A stretch of DNA of 64,000 nt from an uncultured Dehalococcoidia bacterium. Its GTDB lineage: Bacteria; Chloroflexota; Dehalococcoidia; Lucifugimonadales; UBA1127. Position numbers and translations under genes: made by a program. The DNA lies in NCBI GenBank assembly GCA_964612825.1, contig CAZTCW010000036.1, forward strand, positions 26,603 to 90,602. The letters are read 5' to 3'. Every line of letters begins with the position of its first letter. Position 1 is the first letter of the stretch. The notes under the pieces are model-generated. The model made no database searches and was not told the origin of the DNA. It worked only from the letters and a program-made list of their open reading frames with translations. Of this stretch, positions 56,104 to 64,000 are shown piece after piece.

Positions 56104-57321
56104 ATGGTTTCTGAAATTAAACAGGTTCAAGAAGGTTCAGTTACCAGTCCCCAAGGATTTTTTGCAGGATCAGTGCACGCAGGTTTAAAAACTCAGGGAA
56201 CCGATCCTCTGGACCTTGGTGTAATTTTTTCTGACGTCTCTGGTAATGTCGCAGGAACTTTTACCACCAACAAGGTGCGTTCGCCATCTGTGATCTTATC
56301 CGAAGAACACGTTAGATCAGGGGTGGCTCAGGCGATTTTTGCGAATAGTGGTTGTGCAAATTGCTGCGTTGGTAAACAGGGTTTATTGGACGCAAAAGAA
56401 ATTTGCCAATTAATTTCGAAAAAATTGAGTATCAACCTAGAGGATGTTTTAGTGTGTAGTACTGGAATGATAGGGGTTGAATTGCCTATGGCTCTTCTTC
56501 GCAAAGGGATAGAGTCGATTTCTTTGGACGATAACGGAGGTCATGAGTTTGCCCAGGCTATTATGACTACAGACATCAGCACGAAAGAATTTGCAGTCAC
56601 GTTTGATATTCAAGGTGAAAATATTACGTTAGGAGGCTGCGCAAAAGGGGCTGGGATGGTTCACCCAAATATGGCTACCATGTTATGTTTTCTAACCACT
56701 GACGCGTCCGTTGAGTCTTCATTTTTGACATCTGTCCTGAAAAGGGCCGTGGGGTATTCCTTCAATTTGATTAGCGTTGACAATGACACTAGCACAAATG
56801 ATAGTGTTCTCCTTCTCGCGAATGGTGCCAAGGGTTTACCTCCAATCGTTGAAGGTACAGAAGAGGCGGAAATCTTTGAAAAGGCTTTATTAATTGTCTG
56901 TAAGGAACTGGCCAAAATGGTGGCTCGGGACGCTGAAGGAGCAACAAAATTGATCGAAACCACCGTTGATGGAGCGGAATCTCTTTCAGATGCTCGTTTG
57001 GCCGCAAGGTCGGTTGTGAGTTCAATATTGGTTAAAACGGCGGTATTTGGAAACGATCCAAATTGGGGACGAGTTATGATGGCGTTGGGTAAAAGTGGAG
57101 CAAACATCGAAGAATCGAAGGTCTCACTATATATTAATGACGTTTGTATCATGGAATCTGGTTTACCTATTCCGTTCTTTAAAGAAGCTGTGACGGCGAA
57201 CATGCGAAAGCCAGAGGTAAAATTCCAAGTTCAATTGAATTTGGGCACCGAATCTGCAACTGCTTGGGGTTGCGATATGAGCCCAGAGTACGTAACCTTC
57301 AATAGCGCTTATTCTACATAA
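56104..57321 (+). CDS. argJ: bifunctional ornithine acetyltransferase / N-acetylglutamate synthase
   Basis: 405 aa. KGAGMVHPNMATMLCFLTTDA self-cleavage region and C-terminal NSAYST. Confidence 0.95.
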   Translation: MVSEIKQVQEGSVTSPQGFFAGSVHAGLKTQGTDPLDLGVIFSDVSGNVAGTFTTNKVRSPSVILSEEHVRSGVAQAIFANSGCANCCVGKQGLLDAKEICQLISKKLSINLEDVLVCSTGMIGVELPMALLRKGIESISLDDNGGHEFAQAIMTTDISTKEFAVTFDIQGENITLGGCAKGAGMVHPNMATMLCFLTTDASVESSFLTSVLKRAVGYSFNLISVDNDTSTNDSVLLLANGAKGLPPIVEGTEEAEIFEKALLIVCKELAKMVARDAEGATKLIETTVDGAESLSDARLAARSVVSSILVKTAVFGNDPNWGRVMMALGKSGANIEESKVSLYINDVCIMESGLPIPFFKEAVTANMRKPEVKFQVQLNLGTESATAWGCDMSPEYVTFNSAYST

Positions 57322-57357
57322 CTAATAAAAATTCCCGAGATTGTTGGGGCAAGAAGG

Positions 57358-58152
57358 ATGAATTTCGCTCAACCGTATTCTAATGTGGTGATCAAAATAG
57401 GGGGAAGCACCCTAGGCTCTGGAGATACTACCTTAGAGGATTTGGTGTCTTTGCAAAAGGAAGGAATAATTCCGGCTGTAGTCCATGGCGGAGGTAAAGT
57501 AATTAGCCAGTGGATGGAAAATTCTGGGATTGAGCCAAATTTTGTTCGTGGATTAAGGGTTACAGACGAACGCACGTTAGAGGTAGTAGTCGCCGTTCTG
57601 GGAGGCCTGATAAACAAACAATTGGTGGCAAAGCTACTGTTAGCTGGTGGCAAGGCTATCGGATTGACAGGGATTGACGGCGCTTTATTCACAGCTTCCA
57701 TGATGGATCCAGATTTGGGAGCAGTTGGTGAGATTACTAAGGTAGACATCACACCTTTGTCCCCGATTTTAGAGAGTAAATATATACCTGTAATCGCTCC
57801 GATTGCCCTCGTGAACAGCGATTCCAAGAATTGCGGATTTGAATTCTTAAATATTAACGGCGATACGGCAGCAGGCGCTTTAGCAGCGACTTTATGTGCA
57901 GAAAAGTTAATTTTTCTAACGGATGTTGAAGGTGTGATGGACTCTTCAGGAAAAGTTGTCCAGCAACTCTCGAGGGATGAAGCTGAACTTATGATTCGGG
58001 AAGGGACGGCGGCCGGAGGAATGATTCCTAAACTGGAGGCCTGTCTTCATTCTCTCCCGTTTGTTTCCGAAACCTGGATTATTGATGGAAGAAACCCGAA
58101 CGCATTATTAAATTCCCTTTCTGGTCCTGGAACAGGGACACGAGTGGGTTAA
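57358..58152 (+). CDS. argB: acetylglutamate kinase
   Basis: 264 aa. VIKIGGS, VHGGG, and NINGDTAAG motifs. Confidence 0.93.
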   Translation: MNFAQPYSNVVIKIGGSTLGSGDTTLEDLVSLQKEGIIPAVVHGGGKVISQWMENSGIEPNFVRGLRVTDERTLEVVVAVLGGLINKQLVAKLLLAGGKAIGLTGIDGALFTASMMDPDLGAVGEITKVDITPLSPILESKYIPVIAPIALVNSDSKNCGFEFLNINGDTAAGALAATLCAEKLIFLTDVEGVMDSSGKVVQQLSRDEAELMIREGTAAGGMIPKLEACLHSLPFVSETWIIDGRNPNALLNSLSGPGTGTRVG

Positions 58153-58200
58153 AAGGAGTAGAATGTCTGGTGTACTCTTTGGTTTTGGAGGTTTGCCCTC

Positions 58201-60948
58201 ATGACGCCAAATACTGATTTTGGTTTCCTAGGGAATATTCGAAGCGCCTTGAAATGGGGGATTCTAGTCGGCGGGATCCTTCTTCTCCTTTTCTTGGCTA
58301 ACTGGATTGCTCACATCTATACGGATCTTCTGTGGTTCGGAAATATGGATTACCGTTCTGTTTTTACAACAATACTCTCTACTCGGATTTGGCTATTTGT
58401 TACAGGGGCCTTGGTATTTGCCATAATCGGCGGGATTAATATTTTCGTCACCTATAAGTTAGGAGGGGGCCCTGAAGTAAACCCTATGTCGGGAGACTCA
58501 TTCCAACTTTTCACTACTTTGTTGCGATTAGGGAGTCTAACGGCCATTTTAGTGGGTTCTATTGCATTTGGTATTCTTTTGTCCGGTCGATGGGAAACAT
58601 TTCTGGGTTTCCTAAATTCTACTTCTTTCTCTCTAACGGATCCTCAGTTTAATCGTGACATAGAATTCTATGTTTTTCGACTGCCCATTTTTCATTTTGT
58701 GCAAAGCTGGTTAATAGCTGCTCTTGTCGTTTCGCTGGCTTTATCAATTGGCATGTACTTTTTGCACTTTAGTCTTCGTGGTGCGGTTTTCACACTTACA
58801 AAGCCTGTTCGAGCTCATATTTCTATCTTAGGAATTCTGATTTTACTACTTTTTGCGCTTGGCTATTATTTGAAAATTTTTGATCTTGTGTTTTCTCCGG
58901 GTGGAGCGGTTGTTGGGGCTACCTATGCTGATGTACATGCTAGGGTTAATGCCTTTCGGATAATTATCGCAGTAATTTTTGTAGGGGCAGGGCTTTTAAC
59001 CTTTAATATGTTTGGTGGACTTGGTACTCGTTTAATGATAGCTGCGGTGGGATTGTGCGTTGGTGGGGCAATTTTAATAGGATTGGTTTACCCGAATGTT
59101 ATCCAGAGGGTGGTTGTTAATCCGAATGAATTACGGCGGGAGGCCCCGTTTATTGAGCGAAACATCGAATTTACAAGGGCTGCCTTTGCCTTAGATAGAA
59201 TTGAGGCCAAAGATTATCCCTTGGCTACCGATGAAGCAATTTCTCCCCAAATGATTGAAGCGAATCAGGAGACTGTAAATGATGTCCGGCTTTGGGATCA
59301 TCGGCCATTCCGTTCTATTCTCAATCAAATTCAATTTTTCCGACTTTACTATACTTTCCCGAATGTCGATGTTGACCGATATGTTGTAAATCAGGATGGC
59401 GAAACGCGTCTTCGACAGGTAATGTTGGGAACTCGTGAGCTTGATTCAGCGAATTTGCCGGAAGAAGCTCAATGTTGGATTAACCGGAAATTGCAGTTTA
59501 CACATGGGTACGGAGCGGTTGTATCGCCCGTGACGGAATTTACCCAAGAGGGAAGTCCGATCTTCTTTGTGAAAGATATGCCTCCTACTCAGGATATTAT
59601 CCCGCTTGAGCGCCCTGAAGTTTATTACGGGGAGATAAGCGAAAACTTCGTAATTGTGAACTCGAATCAGCCCGAACTTGACTTCGCTCCCACATCTGGT
59701 GAGCCTGTTTATACGTCATATCAAGGTGATGGAGGGGTTACTTTATCTGGGTTTTTGCGTAGGGTGGTTTATGCATGGCAATTCCGAGATGTTAACATCC
59801 TTATTAGTGGAGAAATCAACTCCAAAAGTAAGATCCAATACCATCGTCAAATTCAACAGCGCGTCCAAAAACTGGCTCCTTTCCTTAGGTTAGATTCAGA
59901 TCCCTATATTGTGTTAGATCAGGGGAGATTGTTTTGGATCCAGGACGCCTATACGGTCACCAAACAATTTCCCTACTCGACTCCGTTGAACCTTGAAGGA
60001 GAGAAGATAAACTATATACGGAACAGTGTGAAAGTGGTGATTGATGCTTATAGCGGGCATCCTACTTTATATGTGACAGAAGCAAGCGACCCCTTAGTAC
60101 AGACGTACCAAAAAATATTCCCCGAATTGTTTAAAGGGTTGAATGAAATGCCCCCGGGTCTCCGCTCGCATATTAGGTACCCCCAAGATCTGATGGGAAT
60201 CCAATCCCGCCAATATCTTATCTATCATATGACAGATCCTACAGAATTCTTTAACAAGGAAGACCAATGGAGTATACCCAATGAATACCTCCAAGGGGCT
60301 TTCGAGGAAATGCAACCGTATTTTCTTAATATGCGTCTTCCAGGAGAAGAGACTCTGGAATTCGTACAGCTTCTTCCTTTTACTCCGGCAAACAAAGAAA
60401 ACATGGTAGCTTGGCTCGCTGCTAGGAGTGATGGTGAAAATTACGGTAAATTAATTGCCTATGCATTTCCTAAAGGTGTCACTATATTCGGGCCGGCACA
60501 GGTTGAAGCTCGAATTAGTAATGACCAAGATATTAAACAATTTTTTGCGTTAGTGTGTACTGGGGAGGCCAGCTGTATACGGGGAAACCTCTTGGTAATT
60601 CCTATGGAAGACGATTCTGGAAACAAGCAAATATTGTACGCCGAACCCCTATATCTTCAAGCGACTGGATTAGCCTTCCCTGAATTAAAGAAAGTTATTT
60701 TGGCAGATAGTAATGACGTGGTTATGGAGGATACCTTGGAGCAAGCCATCGCGTCGCTCACCAAGAGTTCGGCTCCCCTTTTGAGCAGACAGGAAAAACC
60801 CGAAGTCACTGTAGAAACCGGTAAATCGAAACTGGAGATAGCCCTTTCTAACTTAGTTGAGGCTTTGGGGAGCCTAAAAGAACAGTACACCTCTTTGGAG
60901 AAAGCTGTGTCAGAGATACAGGAAGCGACCGAAGGGTCATCGAAATGA
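58201..60948 (+). CDS. UPF0182-family large membrane protein
   Basis: 915 aa. About 7 N-terminal helices with the LWF..MDY start typical of UPF0182, then a large soluble region. ATGA overlap with the argD start. Confidence 0.8.
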   Translation: MTPNTDFGFLGNIRSALKWGILVGGILLLLFLANWIAHIYTDLLWFGNMDYRSVFTTILSTRIWLFVTGALVFAIIGGINIFVTYKLGGGPEVNPMSGDSFQLFTTLLRLGSLTAILVGSIAFGILLSGRWETFLGFLNSTSFSLTDPQFNRDIEFYVFRLPIFHFVQSWLIAALVVSLALSIGMYFLHFSLRGAVFTLTKPVRAHISILGILILLLFALGYYLKIFDLVFSPGGAVVGATYADVHARVNAFRIIIAVIFVGAGLLTFNMFGGLGTRLMIAAVGLCVGGAILIGLVYPNVIQRVVVNPNELRREAPFIERNIEFTRAAFALDRIEAKDYPLATDEAISPQMIEANQETVNDVRLWDHRPFRSILNQIQFFRLYYTFPNVDVDRYVVNQDGETRLRQVMLGTRELDSANLPEEAQCWINRKLQFTHGYGAVVSPVTEFTQEGSPIFFVKDMPPTQDIIPLERPEVYYGEISENFVIVNSNQPELDFAPTSGEPVYTSYQGDGGVTLSGFLRRVVYAWQFRDVNILISGEINSKSKIQYHRQIQQRVQKLAPFLRLDSDPYIVLDQGRLFWIQDAYTVTKQFPYSTPLNLEGEKINYIRNSVKVVIDAYSGHPTLYVTEASDPLVQTYQKIFPELFKGLNEMPPGLRSHIRYPQDLMGIQSRQYLIYHMTDPTEFFNKEDQWSIPNEYLQGAFEEMQPYFLNMRLPGEETLEFVQLLPFTPANKENMVAWLAARSDGENYGKLIAYAFPKGVTIFGPAQVEARISNDQDIKQFFALVCTGEASCIRGNLLVIPMEDDSGNKQILYAEPLYLQATGLAFPELKKVILADSNDVVMEDTLEQAIASLTKSSAPLLSRQEKPEVTVETGKSKLEIALSNLVEALGSLKEQYTSLEKAVSEIQEATEGSSK

Positions 60949-62138
60949 GTTCTTGGATTGAAAAAGATGAAACGTATTACATGCCAGTGGCTAGACGTCA
61001 GCCTATTGTAATCACCCGCGGTCTGGGAACGACAGTTTGGGATGAAAATGATGTTCAATATCTTGACTTTACTTCTGGATGGGCTGTAAACAACATAGGG
61101 CATTGTAATCCCGTACTTGTTGAAGCAATTCGAAAACAGGCAGGGACCCTGATTCAAACGTCTAATCAATTTTATACCGTCCCTCAATTAGAACTTGCTG
61201 AATTCCTGACCCAAAATAGCTGTTTGGACAAAGTATTCTTTTGTAACAGTGGGGCAGAGGCTAATGAAGGGGCAATTAAGCTGGCTCGGAAATTTGGAAA
61301 ACTAAACTTAGATGGCGCTTACGAAATTATTGCAACGGTAAATTCTTTCCATGGACGGACATTAACCACAGCGGCAGCCACTGGAAACGTGCATTACCAA
61401 GAAAATTTTACACCAATGACCCCGGGCTTCATCCATGTTGAATATAACAACATTGAGGCCCTCCAAAATGCTACAAATAACAATACTTGTGCAGTCATTT
61501 TAGAACCGGTTCAGGGAGAGGGTGGGGTTATTATCCCGGATGGGCAATATTTGAAGCGGGTTCGCGAATTGTGTGATGAGAAGGGGATTCTTCTGATACT
61601 CGATGAAGTGCAAACTGGGATGGGACGTTTGGGGGCCTTATTTGGTTATCAGCGGTTTGATATTGAACCAGATGTTATGACGTTGGCAAAAGGTCTGGGC
61701 GGAGGAGTGCCAATTGGAGCCTTTCTTTCTAAATCTCATTGTGATGTGCTTCGTCCAGGTGATCATGGCTCAACATTTGGGGGTAATCCATTAACCTGTG
61801 CGGCTTCGTTTGCCGTTGCCAACTTCATTGTAGAACAGGGAATACCTGAAAAAGTGTTAGAAAGTGAACGAATCCTTATGGATGGCCTTGAGGCTATAAA
61901 AGCCCGACACGAAACTCTCATAAAAGAGGTCAGGGGAATGGGATTGCTCTTGGCTGTTGAGTTCTACGAAGATATCGGACCTCAGATCGTTTCTATTTCT
62001 AACGACAATGGATTGCTTTTGAACCCTGTTCGCCCAAATGTTGTCCGATTCATGCCACCATTAACGGTGTCTGAAACTGAAATTCGAGAAGCGGTTGATA
62101 GGTTTGGGAAGGCTGTTGATTCTTTGTCGACTAAGTGA
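60945..62138 (+). CDS. argD: acetylornithine aminotransferase
   Basis: 397 aa. Class III aminotransferase: FCNSGAEANEGAIK, LDEVQTGMGR and TLAKGLGGG (PLP lysine). Confidence 0.93.
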   Translation: MSSWIEKDETYYMPVARRQPIVITRGLGTTVWDENDVQYLDFTSGWAVNNIGHCNPVLVEAIRKQAGTLIQTSNQFYTVPQLELAEFLTQNSCLDKVFFCNSGAEANEGAIKLARKFGKLNLDGAYEIIATVNSFHGRTLTTAAATGNVHYQENFTPMTPGFIHVEYNNIEALQNATNNNTCAVILEPVQGEGGVIIPDGQYLKRVRELCDEKGILLILDEVQTGMGRLGALFGYQRFDIEPDVMTLAKGLGGGVPIGAFLSKSHCDVLRPGDHGSTFGGNPLTCAASFAVANFIVEQGIPEKVLESERILMDGLEAIKARHETLIKEVRGMGLLLAVEFYEDIGPQIVSISNDNGLLLNPVRPNVVRFMPPLTVSETEIREAVDRFGKAVDSLSTK

Positions 62139-62177
62139 CCTTACGAACGTCATCTGGGAATTGATTGGTAGGAAGTT

Positions 62178-63383
62178 ATGACTAATAGTGCTCGGGTAAT
62201 TTTAGCTTATAGCGGCGGATTGGACACGTCAGTTGCCATTCCATGGATTAAAGAACAATTTGGTTTAGATGTTGTAACTTTGACCCTTGAATTAGGCCAA
62301 GGACGCGATTTAGAAGAAGCTCGACAAAAAGCCTTGAAATCAGGGGCAGTCGGAGCTCATATCGCTGATGTTCGGAAGGAATTTGTTACTGAGTTTGTTT
62401 GGCCCGCTTTACGAGCGGGAGCACTTTATGAAAGTAAATATCCTCTTGCTACGGCCTTGTCTCGTCCCCTTATCGCTCGGCACTTGGCAGATCTTGCTGT
62501 CTCTGAAGGAGCCACCGCTGTTGCCCATGGATGTACCGGCAAAGGCAATGATCAGGTTCGATTGGAGTTGGGTATCGTAGCGCTAGCACCGAATTTGAGT
62601 GTTATTGCCCCCGCTCGACAATGGGGAATGAGTAGGGAAGATGAACTTGAATATGCGAAAGCCCGGGGAATCTCGACTCCAGTGTCGGTTGAAAACCCTT
62701 ATTCAGTTGATGAAAATCTTTGGGGGCGTTCAATTGAAGCGGGAAAACTAGAGGATCCGCTATTTGAGCCTCCTGAGGAAATTTATGCATGGACGAAATC
62801 GGTTAATGAAACGCCTAACGAGCCTACTTATTTGGAAATAGAATTGCGAGAAGGCGTCCCATTTGCAATCGACGGGAAACCCATGGAGGGGATTTCCATG
62901 ATTGAACACCTAAACGAACTTGCCGGATTTAATGGGATAGGCCGTATTGACCATCTTGAGAATCGATTAGTTGGGATAAAATCCAGGGAAATTTACGAGG
63001 CCCCAGCCGCTGTGGTCCTCAATATTTGCCACCGCGCCTTAGAAGAATTAACTTTGACGAAAGACCAGCACCGGTTCAAAGATCTGGTTTCAGGCCATTA
63101 TGCGGATTTGGTCTACAATGGACTTTGGTTTACGAAACATCGGGAAGACCTAGACCAGTATGTCTCAAGCTCCCAACGATTTGTAACAGGTATGATTCGA
63201 GTGAAACTTCATAAGGGAACCTGTTCAGTAGTTGGTAGGAGTTCCCCTTATAGTCTCTACTCTTATGAACAAGCGACTTATGATAAATCTGATCAATTTG
63301 ATCATCTTGCCTCAGAAGGATTCATAAAAATTTATGGTTTACCGACTGGTACTCAGGCAAAGTTTCAGCCTCCATCCAGTTAG
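62178..63383 (+). CDS. argG: argininosuccinate synthase
   Basis: 401 aa. AYSGGLDTS and HGCTGKGNDQVR signatures. Confidence 0.96.
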   Translation: MTNSARVILAYSGGLDTSVAIPWIKEQFGLDVVTLTLELGQGRDLEEARQKALKSGAVGAHIADVRKEFVTEFVWPALRAGALYESKYPLATALSRPLIARHLADLAVSEGATAVAHGCTGKGNDQVRLELGIVALAPNLSVIAPARQWGMSREDELEYAKARGISTPVSVENPYSVDENLWGRSIEAGKLEDPLFEPPEEIYAWTKSVNETPNEPTYLEIELREGVPFAIDGKPMEGISMIEHLNELAGFNGIGRIDHLENRLVGIKSREIYEAPAAVVLNICHRALEELTLTKDQHRFKDLVSGHYADLVYNGLWFTKHREDLDQYVSSSQRFVTGMIRVKLHKGTCSVVGRSSPYSLYSYEQATYDKSDQFDHLASEGFIKIYGLPTGTQAKFQPPSS

Positions 63384-63422
63384 ATTTGATGTTGGGTCTT
63401 CCCATTAGAAGTTAGGTGGATT

Positions 63423-64000
63423 ATGAGAGGAAAAGGCTACACTGCCTCTATTTCGTACGACCGCCGTCTATATAAGGAAGATATTGCCGGGTCGATTGCC
63501 CACGTAAAAATGTTGGCACGTCAAGGGATCCTTTCCGACAGAGATTCAAAAACAATTGTTTCAGGACTTGAAGCAATTTTGCGTGAAATCGCTGAAGGGA
63601 TATTCCCTTGGAAGGAAGAACTGGAAGACATTCATATGAATGTCGAAGCTCGTTTATATGAAATCATTGGTTCTGTCGCTGGAAGGATGCATACCGCCCG
63701 TTCTAGAAATGATCAAGTAACTACTGATTTACGTCTTTACGTAAAATCAGCTATTGATAGCACGTGGGCGGGTATAGTAGCTCTCCAAACAGCTATCCTA
63801 GATCAGGCAGAAAAGAATATCAGTGTTGTAATGCCAGGGTACACACATCTTCAAATGGCGCAACCAGTCCTTTTAGCACATCATCTTTTAGCCTATTTTG
63901 AGATGTTGGAAAGAGATAAAGATCGATTGCAGGAGGCATTTGCAAGAGTTGACGTTCTTCCCTTAGGAAGTGGGGCGTTGGCCGGCTCTCCTTATCCCCT
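63423..64000 (+). CDS. argH: argininosuccinate lyase, N-terminal part (runs off window end)
   Basis: Not in the ORF track (no stop in window). ATG 63423 after AGGTGG. Translation MRGKGYTASISYDRRLYKEDIAGSIAHVKML...HTARSRNDQVTTDLRLY carries the ASL/fumarase-family signature. Confidence 0.9.
   Translation, partial: MRGKGYTASISYDRRLYKEDIAGSIAHVKMLARQGILSDRDSKTIVSGLEAILREIAEGIFPWKEELEDIHMNVEARLYEIIGSVAGRMHTARSRNDQVTTDLRLYVKSAIDSTWAGIVALQTAILDQAEKNISVVMPGYTHLQMAQPVLLAHHLLAYFEMLERDKDRLQEAFARVDVLPLGSGALAGSPYP

Noticed and set aside
56661-57203. 180-aa ORF on the - strand (and 57369..57827, 152 aa)
   Set aside because: Antisense shadows of argJ and argB respectively. Composition is typical of reverse frames.
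60657-61187. 176-aa ORF on the - strand spanning the UPF0182/argD junction
   Set aside because: Overlaps two well-supported + strand genes that are translationally coupled. No independent signals.
1-64000. Mobile elements, prophage, CRISPR arrays, defence islands or an integration site at the tRNA
   Set aside because: No transposase, integrase or recombinase-like translation in any listed ORF. No direct-repeat/spacer periodicity. tRNA-Arg is flanked by housekeeping genes, with no repeated copy of its 3' end noticed nearby.

Overview
Densely packed, moderately AT-rich bacterial chromosomal core region with about 60 protein genes, one tRNA, and no rRNA, CRISPR array, transposase or integrase. 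GTG/TTG starts are frequent and several gene ends overlap. The gene content (UPF0182 membrane protein, SCO1664-type kinase-like protein, fused aroK-aroB, stand-alone AsnC/RAM-domain protein, DUF1385) suggests a streamlined Chloroflexota- or Actinomycetota-like lineage; this is a low-confidence inference. Recognisable blocks:
- Start of window: lipA (partial) and gltX, then a pentose-phosphate cluster (SDR, short gnd, pgi, rpiB).
- tRNA-Arg(UCU), then HAD-glmS-yvcK/glmR.
- An MFS transporter, then a small AsnC-type protein, HIT and yqeK.
- A membrane/lipid-flavoured neighbourhood: HExxH orphan, PAP2, MMPL, PI3/4-kinase-like SCO1664 protein, IMPase, 2PGK-like kinase.
- tlpA, a Zn-ribbon protein, tatD, a peptide SBP and acyP.
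- pheS-pheT-moeA plus an orphan ORF, then dnaE.
- alaS-ruvX-aroE-aroC-HAD-aroK/B.
- ltaE, bioY, ogt.
- A methionine-salvage/methyl-cycle cluster: mtnA-mtnP-rhodanese-basic protein-ahcY-metK.
- pgm, then rplU-rpmA-rpmE-DUF1385.
- An arginine operon (argJ-argB-UPF0182-argD-argG-argH) running off the window end.

The most interesting signal is a membrane-anchored thioredoxin-fold gene at 29538..30035. Its only interruption is an in-frame TGA exactly where the first Cys of the CxxC motif should be (reads U-I-L-C). It is either a candidate selenoprotein or a single-hit pseudogene.

Second is the unusually long (402 bp) ogt/mtnA divergent intergenic region. It holds a 45-nt perfect palindrome, a consensus-like promoter and a hairpin+U6 element ahead of the methionine-salvage genes.

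All functional calls come from motif recognition by eye in the supplied translations. No database search was run.
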